From positions 4,340,001 through 4,404,000 of the forward strand of contig NW_025764891.1 in assembly GCF_003918875.1 (NCBI RefSeq): a stretch of DNA of 64,000 nucleotides. The letters run 5' to 3'. The position numbers and the translations under genes are program-made. Source of the stretch: Haliotis rubra. Taxonomy: Eukaryota. Below are positions 52,565 through 64,000 of this stretch, piece by piece. Each line of letters begins with the position of its first letter. Positions within the stretch are counted from its first letter, which is position 1. The notes beneath the pieces are model-generated. The model saw only the letters and a list, made by a program, of their open reading frames with translations. It was not told where the DNA came from and ran no database searches.

Positions 52565-53250
52565 CATGTACTATAGACAGTACCCAGTCTAGCCTCGTCC
52601 TTGACAGCAGGGCATACATAGCCTCTTCCTAAGGTACGTCCATATACAACACATGTATAATAGACAGTACACAGTCTAGCCTCGTCCTTGACAGCAGGGC
52701 ATACATAGCCTCTTCCTAAGGTACGTCCATATACAACACATGTATGATAGACAGTACCCAGTCTAGCCTCGCCCTTGACAGCAGGGCATACATAGCCTCT
52801 TCCTAAGGTACGTCCATATACAACACATGTATGATAGACAGTACCCAGTCTAGCCTCGCCCTTGACAGCAGGGCATACATAGCCTCTTCCTAAGGTACGT
52901 CCATATAAACACATGTATGATAGACAGTACCCAGTCTAGCCTCGCCCTTGACAGCAGGGCATACATAGCCTCTTCCTAAGGTAAGTCCATATACAACACA
53001 TGTATAATAGACAGTACCCAGTCTGGATCGCCTCTGATAACAGGGCATACATAATCCCTTCTTATTAGGTACGTTCATCTACCCAGTATGTATTATAGTA
53101 TTATAGAATGTTCCCAAATGGAGCCTCGTCCTTGACAACAGGGCATATATAGACTCTTCCAATACGGCCCCTCCATATACATATGTATTACAGACTGAAC
53201 CCAGTCTAGTCTCGGCCTTGACGGGATGACATATATGATCCCTTCCCATA
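52565..53250. repeat. 87-bp tandem repeat, ~6 good copies plus degenerate ones
   Basis: tagacagtacccagtctagcctcg at 52574, 52661, 52748, 52835, 52921, 53008. Confidence 0.92.
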
Positions 53251-53928
53251 CGACCTGCCGCATTCCTGACAACACAGAGAAAGATGGAATGCATAGAAGC
53301 TAGGAATGTACACAACGTCATTCATTGTGCACCAGGCATAGACAACACATGCCTATTATCACCCTGAAGGCGGGCGGTCGTCAGTACATGGACATTGGCA
53401 TGGCATGTCTCCGACGGGAAAGTAGGATACAATCAGAATTAATGAGTCTCACGGATATTTTACAGTAATGTTTCATAACATCTCATCATTCAGACTAGAC
53501 TCGGGCTCTTCTGAAAATATGTCTCTAATGCTTTAGTTCATCAAAATCTTATTTTTCCTTATTTTTTAGTTATTTTTCGATTTTCGTATCTTTATATTCA
53601 GCATCTTAATAAAAGAGTATGTTATCAGTCATCCCATTTTCATGTCTCAGCTAGTACACATTTTCTCCTTAGCTCTTTTAGCCTATACTCATCCCATTCC
53701 CAGATATGTCAAATGGGAATGGTGTGGGTATAGACCCACGATAATAAATTCAAAACGGAGTCGAGTCCAACGCAAATCTAAATTTCCCCAGTTCTTGATT
53801 TTAAAGATTCGTTGGGGCTCCATTTCTATGTTTTATACATATGTATTTTTTCTAAAAAAGATAACTACCGGTATACTCTATGACTTCTGGGTTGAGGGGA
53901 GGAATGGAATTTCAGTGATCGTTCAATA

Positions 53929-53967
<39 letters not shown>

Positions 53968-55990
53968 TGTATAAACGCCTATACATAGTGTTCAAATCGT
54001 AATAGCTAAGGTCAAGGTCAACATCAACTCATCGTAGATAAGACTCTCACATTATATTGCAGGTGTGAACTTCTGAAGTAGACAACAAAGATAATGCAAC
54101 GCTAAGGTGGGACACAGGTCCCGTTACGTGTCGGCGAGAAATTTATGTCAGTTTCCACTGAGATCTTAAAACGGTCAGTGTCCCATCTGCTCTTAAAGGG
54201 GACTATGTTTGGGCAAATAAGGAGTCCCAGCAAATGATTATATCTTTCAAACACTACTTGTTGGAAAACTTACCATACTTGAATGATGTATATCAATCCA
54301 CAATTACACATAGACAATGCCTCAAGTTATCACAAAGGGTTAAGGACAATGTATAAACCAAACCTGGGTTCTTAGCCGTGGAGCACGAGACATGTTTAAT
54401 ACCGATATCAACTGACTTCTACAAATACAAGAATGAATTTTTAAAAACCTGGAAACAAATGGCGGCACGTCCCGCTGGCCTCGTCTATAAGCAAGCAGTG
54501 ATTTATAATCGACGTCTCTGGACAACCGAAAACGTGGTGCCAACCAAAAAAGTTACATAACACATAAATACGATTTTTTACCATGACAAATATTCGAGTT
54601 GTTGTGTGTGTTTTGCTTTAGTATTTAATAATGGGACTTTCGCTTCGCTGCTGTATTATATTGCTGAGTGCGGCGTAAAACTAAACTCACTCACTCACTC
54701 GCTGCTGTATTCCAATGTATGTTCACCTATACATTTGGATGCTCGCCACTCATGCATAGTTATAATACGAAATTACATAAATGGCAATGGTTATAAAAAA
54801 ATTCCCCCAAACAATAAACTTGGCAAACAATTTTCGGAGAGTCTAGCGAACTGTCACTTAAATAATATTTCTTTGATTAATAAACAACACATTGTTACTC
54901 TTTTTGAAAGTCAAAACAAAAACAGAACTTAATACATTAATTTACTCGACCCATATTCATAGTTATTCAACTGATCAGCTGTATGTACGGTAAACAATAC
55001 CACGTGTGATTTAACAGCATACGTTGTAAACAACGTCATCAAAATATCCGAATACGTCTACATATACTGAAGGTAGAAATAAAGTGTACATCCATGTTTG
55101 ATGGTGGCTCAGATTGAAATAAACAAGAAACCGTGATGATGTGTTTTATACGGTTACCACAATTGTATTTGGATCTGCAGCGTTTTGTTGACTGTTGGGA
55201 GCCAAGTAATAGTTTATACTAATTATAAAGTCAAATCCAGTTTTCAAGTGTATACAGGCGTGGCACCGTATCAAGCAAACCTTACGACATATCGACATAT
55301 CACCTGTACTACAGATACTGAGAGCTGTGACCAGACACTTGAGCTTATGTACTCCATGATGCTCTCAGCGTCAGTCGCACATCTTACAAGAAACCAGTCA
55401 AGTGTCTGTAAAGTAACAACTGTAACCCTGCACATGCTATCATTGATTAAACAACATTCCCTTGTCACGCTAACACTGTTTATCTGACACTGTCTTTGCA
55501 ATCATTGCAACTGTGGAAATTAAGGATAATTAGACTTGACACAACCCCTTTTTTCAAACTGCAGATATACAGATTTACGTTCTGTTCACGGCTTCCTGTC
55601 AAATGCTTTGATCAATCTATCGCTTTTTATCAAAATGAACAAAGTTTGACAAATGGGATTTGATAATAAACGTGCATGAATCAAAAGCAATCGAAATGAA
55701 AGTCCAGAAGTTACACAATTTGATATTTGATCTTGGTTTCAACATTATACGAGTGAAGGGGCAACCTGGTGGTTAAAACGTTCGCTCGACACGCCGAAGG
55801 CAAGCGTTCGATTCCGAAATGTGTACAGTGGGTGAAGCCTACTTCATTCCACTGCTGTGATATTGCTGGAATATTGCAAACAGCGACAAAGAACCACATC
55901 ACTTCCACATATCAATGATATTAAAGGGCGTCAATTGACTAGTGCTGAACATTTTGTCTCGACCTATCAGGTAAACACGTACATGTGCTC

Positions 55991-56239
55991 AGGGACCGTT
56001 CCTAATTTATGGCAAGGGGGATGATGATAAATTTATAGAGAAACATGTACATGCGAATAACACCCCACCCCTAAAACTTATGTAGAAATTAAGTGCCCCA
56101 TGTAATAACCCCCACCCACACTCCTCCTCCCATAATGCTTAAGCATATTTTAAACAAGCACAAAGTTGATGACAATCCCCTTAAGATCATCATCAGCCAC
56201 CCACCCTACCCCCGTAGTCATAAATTATGAACGGTCCCT
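55991..56239. mobile_element. MITE with Harbinger-like termini
   Basis: agggaccgttcctaatttatg and cataaattatgaacggtccct. Confidence 0.7.
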
Positions 56240-57302
56240 TATGAATCGAAAAACATACTCTGGGAATGGGCTTGCCCCATGAGAGTCTTATTACCCTTTA
56301 CGTAGGTATAAAATATTCATTATTTAGTGATGAAAACTGGTGGGAGTAATCTATTTTAAATGCCTATCATCGAACATGATGACCGAAACGATTATTTCGG
56401 TCCAGATCACTCGAAACTGTCTGGTACAATCAGGTCAACGATATATTTGCCGAAACGGTTTGTTCACAAATACGAGTCGGGCGACTAAACGTTATGCTGT
56501 ACCACCGATAAACCATTCAGCAATGCAAACAGTTCCGATAACAGGATTGACCAGAGATGTAAACATAAAAAGCATGGGAATTGTATTTCAAAGCTCCAAC
56601 AGATACATTGCTTTCGCTGAACTAGAGTGAGTGAGTGAGTTGGGTTTTACGCCGCGATTAGCATTATTGCGGCAATATCATGGTGGGGGACACCAGAAAT
56701 GGGCTTTACACATTGTGTCTTCGCTGTACTAGAACTAAATTAGACAAGACTGGACGCTATGAGACTAATACTTTGTGGACTGATACTCAACTAATCTGAC
56801 AGTGTTCTAAATGGCTAGTTCATATACATACTGACCAGTGTTTATTTAAGAAGTCTACATCTACCACATGTCAGCAGAATCAGCCGACTCGGGAACACTG
56901 AAAAACACATCAAAAAGAACGGTGGCAGAATTGCTCTTTGTCTTACACCGCTTCCAAACCCAGAGGAAGATCGAATCAGAGTACTGGCTGTTATAAGTCT
57001 TGTTTCAAAATTGATGACTTTAAACGAGCGAATAGTCCGCTGACTTGACTTAAAAGAAATAAGTGTCAATTTAATCTACAAAACACGGAACAGGGACTGA
57101 AAATCAATCGTTTCTCACGAATAAGTCCCGCGAGAAATAAAAAGATCAAAGTACGTCAATGAGGGACACGAAATGAGGCATAATGGCGTCCGAAAGCGTA
57201 GCGCCTCGGTATCCGTGAGGCGAAAAACTCTCAGACGCAGTTGGAACCCCGGTGTCGGAGGCGGAATGATGATATGTCAGACTGTTAATCAAGTTAAGAT
57301 GA

Positions 57303-57472
57303 CTGACTGACTGACTGAGTTTGGTTTTACGCCGCTTTTAGCAATATTCCAGCAACATCACGTCGGGGAACACCAGAAATGGGCTTCACACATTGTACCC
57401 ATGTGGGGATTCGAACCCGGGTCTTCGGCGTGACGAGCCAACGCTTTAACCTCTAGGCTACCCCACCGCCCC
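57303..57472 (-). mobile_element. SINE family A (partial copy at 56626-56718)
   Basis: TSD tcaagttaagatga. Confidence 0.9.
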
Positions 57473-59034
57473 TCAAGTTAAGATGAACAAGCATATGTTT
57501 TAGCATTGCTGCCACACAGTATGTTCTTGCACTCTTGCAGGCACGTCAAACTACGTAGAATAGCACAGTGGTGTGATGCTCCGATTGACACTGTGTTCGA
57601 TTCCTGGCTGATCTCTCTTTATGACCCTGGTATTGGTATTTCTGATTTTACAACCAGACTCGGGTGGGTTTGTGGTACGATGTGGTTTGGTGTGCAGAGT
57701 TGTGTCCCTTTGTTGTCATGATGCCTGTTGTGGGTTTGAATCCTAGTTTTTTCCTGGTTATCGTTGGTTTATCAAACCATGGTCGTGCTGGTAGGTTTTA
57801 CAAAAGTAGCATATATCACTTTAGGTTTACGTCCAATGTTAAGCATAAAACGCTGATATGATAAAAATATTGGTCAAAGAAGTAAACACATTTAACATAG
57901 CCTGCTTGCCATTGCACACCAAGTCGAGTGCCATAATCCCACAGCGAGGACACTCGAAAGCATGACCATATACATCCACCATAAAAAACACACACAAGAT
58001 ACGTCAGCCATTACTTATATTAAACAAAAACACACATGAGTGAGTGAGTGAGGTCAGGTTTTCACTGTTTTGTGACAGTATTGTAGCATATCACTGCATG
58101 TTATCTTGATTTGATATAGGTGATACTTTGATGAAACCAATGGACACAGGTATGTGTTTCCAGAACATCAAAGGGACATAACTCTGCACGACGATTTGCC
58201 GAGTCAGTTAAAACGTACAAAAAGCCAAGGTGATCTGACATAGTTGAAGGACAGAGATGCATGCCCGGTAGAAGGAGATAAGGCGCGAGACTAATGTCAG
58301 CCAAGTGCACTCGGAACCTTCAGGGCATACATATTTAAACACTTGTCGATTAGACAGGAATGTGACATCGAACACTGCCGATCTGTGGACGTTGCTGACT
58401 CAGCAGTTATCGTGTTATATCTGGATATATATTAACTGGAAATATTATATTCATCTAAAAAGTAACACTTAAAACTGAACTACCAGATAAAAGCGATAAG
58501 ACATGTGAAGTCTTTGGAATACATAAATAAAGAAACGTAAGGATAAAAAGATAAGTTTTTTCCAGTCAAATAAAGGAACATTTCCATGATACTATGGGAA
58601 TATTACACTTAATTTCATATGATATTGAACTTGGAAGACATCTGGAAGCATCGACTGCACCTCTAGGTTAGACATAAGTAAGGTGTTGGCATTTCTTGGA
58701 CCTTTTTACTTAATGAGTGAATGACAAAACCTATTTAAATTAGGATATACAGAGTCCGTTGTACTGTCAATGGGAATATATATAACAATGAACAGACGAA
58801 GAGTTAATGGCGTTGCCCAGGAATTTGGAAAGTATATGTGAATACATACATGACTTGGCTCAAGGGGTGATCATATAAGTCAACCATAAATTTCAGAATA
58901 TAAGTTTCTGAGTTAAACAATTACGCAACTGACGATTTCTAGAAACTATAATTCATAAAATATAATATCTTGTGAAAACAGAGTGCTATTTGGAAACTTT
59001 GGGACATTTCGATTCCTACGTAAACACTGTAAAA

Positions 59035-59350
59035 CAACACTCTAGGTTACATGTGGTTATCCTAACACATTATTACCCCGAATAACCCAAGCTGCCTGTC
59101 AAGCGCTTGGAGGTTATAGTCACATGACTTATCCCACTGGGTGCCCATTTTCTGCTGGGTGAACAGAGGGATTAGTCAACAAACTCACTTGCCTAAGGTG
59201 AGACCACATGTATCACATGTGCTTCGTTGAGAGGCAGGGCTGAAGTCCTGGAAACTCTCATGAGTCAAGCTGCCAAACACGGTCACCCATCCAAAGACTC
59301 TCCGCGCCCAATGCTGGTTAACTTCAACTGATTTGTGACCTGAGATCTGT
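59035..59350 (-). mobile_element. 5S rRNA-derived SINE (SINE3-type) with CORE-like domain
   Basis: Minus strand gaagttaaccagcattgggcgcggagagtctttggatgggtgacc resembles 5S box A/IE/box C. Downstream ccttaggcaagtgagttt...ttcacccagcagaaaatgggcaccc resembles CORE. Confidence 0.65.
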
Positions 59351-59490
59351 GCACTATATTATTTTGTAGTAACAAATAATTCAATTCACATTAAAAAGGG
59401 GCCCCAGTGAGGTGGGAGATCCGGAATCGGAGGAAATCTAGACTTGCTTCATTAAGGCCTTCAGCATTGCAGAAAGGGCTGGGCTGAAGG

Positions 59491-59733
59491 AGTGAGTGAG
59501 TGAGTTTAGTTTTACGCCGCAGTCAGCAATATTCCAGCTATGTGGTCTGTAAATAATCGAGTCTGGACCAGACAATCCAGTGATCAACAGCATGAGCAAC
59601 GATCTGCGCAATTGGGAACCGATGACATGTGTCAACCAAGTCAGCGAGCCTGACCACCCGATCCCGTTAGTCGCCTCTTACGAAAAGCATGGGTTACTGA
59701 AGATCAATATTTTAATCCGGACCTTGACGGGTA
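59491..59733 (-). mobile_element. Family B retroposon, full length
   Basis: Same consensus; TSD ctgggc(t/g)gaagg at 59479-59490 and 59734-59745. Confidence 0.85.
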
Positions 59734-59837
59734 CTGGGCGGAAGGGAATCTAGTGTAGTTCTGTGAGACAGACTAGACTGTTCGTGATAATGTCAAGTGC
59801 ACGGAGGGCCACATATACCGCAGTTGGTTGTTGTTGG

Positions 59838-59993
59838 TGGTGGGGTAGTCCAGCGGTTAAAGCGTTCGCTCGTCACGCCGAAGGTCGGGGTTCAATTCTC
59901 CACATGAGTAAAATACATAAAGCCCATTTCTGGTGTCCCTCGCTGTATGATGCTAGGATACTGATAAAAGCGGCGTAAAACCCAGCTCACCCA
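59838..59993 (+). mobile_element. SINE family A, diverged
   Basis: Consensus match. Confidence 0.78.
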
Positions 59994-60514
59994 TACTTTA
60001 AGACCCAGATACCAGCATGACAAACATAGGGATGGTGTTCTGCTACTGTCGCTTTGTGTGACGGGGCGAGGTGTAACTGATCCCTGGCTATACTGTACGG
60101 GTCGGTAGGTCATGAATTATGAAAATGGTTGTCACAGATACTGATATCGACACTGACAAGATAAAAATAGCAGATTGTAGAAACACGTGAAGCCTGTGTA
60201 TACATTTAACCCATATTCGTCCCATGCAATTTTCAGCAATTACTTTCCAAAAACAAGTCAGTCGTTTGTATGACGAATATATGATTGTGTGGCTTTGTTG
60301 CTTTACACCAAACTCAGCAACGTGTCCACTACATCATGGCAGTCCATCATGTAGATAACCGCCAGGTAAACCAATGGAGTTTTAGTTGAGATGAGAGTAT
60401 GTTTAACGTAGCGTTCAAAATAGTGCCACTCATCGAATGTGATCCGAAGGGATATCCAACTCAGACACAGCATACTGACCCCGAACCGACCAGTCCTTGC
60501 TTCAGTCCTTTAAC

Positions 60515-60940
60515 GACCGCCTCCGTGGTGCAGTGGTTAGAGCGTCCGCCCGGAGAGCGGAAGGTCGCGGGTTCGATCCCTCGACCGCGTCATACCAAAA
60601 GACGTTAAAATATGGTACTTGTTGGTCCCAGCCTGGCGCTCGGCATTAATGGGTACAACAAAGACTGGTCGGCTCGGAGTCAGTATAATGTGTCTGAGTG
60701 GGGTATTCATGCTTCACTGCGGCATGGTATCTCAGTGAGCTAGCACTATAAAACCAGCTTAAGTCTGGGCTAGTACAAGCAGTACAAGCGAAATATTCCG
60801 CACAACGTTACACATGATTGAACAAACATTTAGAGTTTGCTCATACCTTGCTAATCCGCAAAGCATGCAAATCGTTATTGCGTCAGTATGAGCGAAATAT
60901 TCTCAAGCACGACGTTAAACCCAATGTCACCTCACCTCAC
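60515..60940 (+). mobile_element. Family C SINE inserted into an older antisense relative (~60390-61060)
   Basis: Same consensus; TSD cttcag(t/c)cctttaac at 60500-60514 and 60941-60955. Confidence 0.82.
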
Positions 60941-61330
60941 CTTCAGCCCTTTAACACAGAGCACCAGGCAGAGTAACAACAAGTACCATTGTTTTGGTGT
61001 ATCGAGGTCAGGGGGTAGAACCCCGACGTTCCGCTATCCATAAAGACACTCTATCTACTGCACAGATCAACCGAATTATGAGTACATGTAATCACAACAA
61101 ACAACTCGTAGACGACTAACCGATCCCTATTTCAGTGGCCGAGCCGGATCTACATGGGACACATCGTGATCAGGAACTCACATATAGCGATACCTTATTT
61201 AAAATGTTTATTGAAGCTATTTCGCAGCCGGACACAGAATGAAGTTCTCGTACTTAACTAACCCAAATTTCAACAGTGATATCCTACTTAGGATACATAT
61301 ATATGCCCTACCCACACATGCAAGCAATGC

Positions 61331-61690
61331 GGACCGCCTCCGTGGTGTAGTGGTTAGAGCGTCCGCCCGGAGAGCGGAAGGTCGCGGGTTCGATCCCCGA
61401 CCGCGTCATACCAAAAGACGTTAAAATATGGTACTTGTTGGTCCCGGCCTGGCGCTCGGCATTAATGGGTACAACAAGGACTGGTCGACTCGGAGTCAGT
61501 ATAATGTGACTGAGTGGGGTATTCATGCTTCACTGCGGCATGGTATCTCAGTGGGCTAGCACTATAAAACCAGCTTAAGTCTGGGCTAGTACAAGCAGCC
61601 GCACATACCCATACACACGCATGCACGTCGTCATATGAGCGAAATATTCTCAAGCACGACGTTAAACCCAATTTCACCTCACCTCACCTC
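61331..61690 (+). mobile_element. Family C tRNA-derived SINE with Meta/MESC-like central domain
   Basis: A box tggtgtagtgg, B box ggttcgatccc, then gtcataccaaaagacgttaaaatatggtac...gcctggcgctcggcattaa (resembles the Meta domain as recalled), (tcacc)n tail. TSD caagcaatgc at 61321-61330 and 61691-61700. Confidence 0.85.
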
Positions 61691-62332
61691 CAAGCAATGC
61701 ATTGCACCAAAACAACAAAGAGACGTGTTACCAAATCAAATAAAATTGTTACGACTTCAAGGGAAGAAAAGGTCATTTTTCGGATTTCGGTCGGCAGTAT
61801 GATAGTCTTGGTTTGAATACACTCCGATTGTAGGGCAATGAATATTGCTGAGTCAGCAATAAACACTCACAATAACCTATCAGCCAGTATCATCAATCCG
61901 TACTGATAACAGATTTCAAACATGAAAATAGTTAATAATCCAGGACCAGTGAATACGGGAGTACGTTTGTCCAGTTCCTTAAAGGCAGATCGCCATCTCT
62001 GGAGGCAATAATGATGGAACAGAATCGTACAACTAAACCTCATCTCAAATCAGATCAGATGAAATGGTTACAAATAATTTTCGCGTCCATTACTTTTGCG
62101 ACGCAAACAGATAGGACCCCAGTGAAGGCTTGGATCTAATACGGAGGCAGATCAATCCAGTGAACGAATCTCTATTCATCCTCGGGGAGACATTATGACA
62201 GACCGTCACATTGTAGGCATGGCGTATAGACAGACATTAAAGTCAATGTTGCTTTAAGTTAGGACGTCTCTTGAGGTTTGTGCTTGACTTAATGCATTAT
62301 ACTTAACGATGGTGGCCTATTCTGCACACACC

Positions 62333-62464
62333 GGCAATATTCCAGCAATATCACGGTGGGGTACACCAGAAATGGGATTCACACATTACACGCATGTGGG
62401 GAATCAAACCCAGGTATTCGGCGGGACAAGCGAACGCTTTAACCACTAGGCTACCCATCGCCCC
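62333..62464 (-). mobile_element. SINE family A
   Basis: Consensus match lacking tail. Confidence 0.8.
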
Positions 62465-64000
62465 ATTCATCTGAGAACGTGATAGGAATGTTAGCTTTAA
62501 TTCACCTTAGTTACTTCTAAGATGGGAACGTTAAGTTACATTTCTGAGCGGAAAAGGTTATAGAATTGTTTGTTGCACGCGTGGTGATGTACTGCGGTAA
62601 AAGATCCCCTGAGGTTCGGACTGGTTAGCCCTGTTGAACATCTAGCCGACAAAACACTTATTTCATTAGATCACATTTTTGAAAACCATAACAAAGAACG
62701 ATTTACCTCGGCTGGAATCTCCGAACAGCGATTTTCGACCAATTCGTGTCCAGTCAATGTTGAGCGAGTGTCACTGCCCTGCTAAGAGCAGAGGCATAAT
62801 ATCGTCTGAGACTTCAGCGACTGGGCACTGTCTTTATATCCTTCCCGTGCCTTCAGGACATGTAAATCCAGATTTATAAGATGAAACGCTGATGTTGCTC
62901 AGCAGACTCAAGCCTATATAAGACAGTGCCACACTGTCGGAGACACCGCCCGACTCAGCAACTATCGACCAGCCGTGGAGTCTCTGAGCAGACGACACAC
63001 GTTAAAGCTACGCGCGCATTAATACATGTTGAGCGAGAAAAATACTCTTCAATAAACATTTCCAACAATTGTGAATACAGTCCTTGTCGTGGATGCCTGT
63101 TAAAATATGACAAAGGTTTATCGTGGTCGCCATGGAAGTATGTCCACCATGACAGAAGACTAGACAGGATGGTGTCATTTCTTCAAACATGTTGCTTATT
63201 GTCTTGCCCATGATCCTGATCGGGATCGTCCAAATTAGCTGTAAATATCAAACGTCAGTGCAAACGAATACACCATCTTGAACCTTGACACCAGGTGTTC
63301 ACAATAAGTATATACATGTCCTGCCATATCGGTAGCATCAGCCATTCAAACAATTTTCTCTAAAAAGTATTTTCAGCCGGTCAACGCACAACAGTACCGG
63401 TGTCATGTCACCTGTCTGCCAAGAAACCAGACAATCAAGTGATCGATCAGGTAATTAGCTCGAAATATCCGCCAACTTATCGTAAACATTTAGTAAGGGT
63501 ACCGTGTGCTATCGATTTTTAAACTGCAACGTGAAACAGGATTTGTGATTGAGAGTAAAAGTTAATTGTTTGTTTCAGTGTGTTTGTGACATGGTTTGTT
63601 AATGTGTATTAACATCGCGTGAAGCTACAAAAGTCATTCGAATACACTAAATCCTGTTCAGTTTCAAAGAAAATATTAACCAATCAACCTATCTGCACCG
63701 CTTTTGAGATTGCCCAATCAAAACACAGCTGACAAGTGAGTCTGTCTCTCTGCAATCACTCACGCTGTGTACTCGAGTCCTAGCGTCAATCAGCACTTAC
63801 ATCTCTTATATCCAATACAGATACAAGTAAACAGGTTATTGGTGTGTGGAAAACTGCGTTAATGTTTAAATAGATCCCTGAACCTTTTCTGAGTGGATTG
63901 GATAGGCAGTTAAAGTATGTATTACCTTTTATTGACTATTAATCAAGAGAAATATCCTCGATAAACCGGACGATACCATCCTCTGGGAAATCTCCCAGAT

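Noticed and set aside
52510-53078. 29-aa repeat ORF (GRTLGRGYVCPAVKGEARLG)
   Set aside because: Derived from the 87-bp tandem repeat. One unit is 86 bp (frameshift), and there is no splice or start context.
59281-59350. 5S rRNA gene
   Set aside because: Only a diverged internal part, fused to SINE-like sequence.

Overview
Repeat-rich eukaryotic DNA, about 40% GC by eye, with one assembly gap at 19116-19288. The SINE and HINE repertoire points to a mollusc, plausibly a gastropod such as abalone (inference). The only clearly recognisable host coding sequence is the first coding exon of an INF2-like formin on the minus strand (long N-terminal extension plus start of the DID/GBD-FH3 domain). It is present twice inside a ~2.28 kb tandem duplication, one copy intact and one frameshifted. 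The rest is intronic or intergenic and dense with mobile elements: about 40 copies of a tRNA-Asp-like SINE (family A); a non-tRNA, highly structured retroposon (family B) with uniform 5' ends and a 5' pseudoknot; Meta-domain-like tRNA SINEs (family C); a 5S-rRNA-headed CORE SINE; a Harbinger fragment with a spliced Myb/SANT gene nested in a family B copy; HINE/Helentron-like elements; several MITEs and minisatellites. The best candidate for an undescribed system is the family B 5' RNA structure, a possible self-cleaving or 5'-processing RNA. Coordinates of degenerate elements are approximate, and family names come from recall, not database searches.
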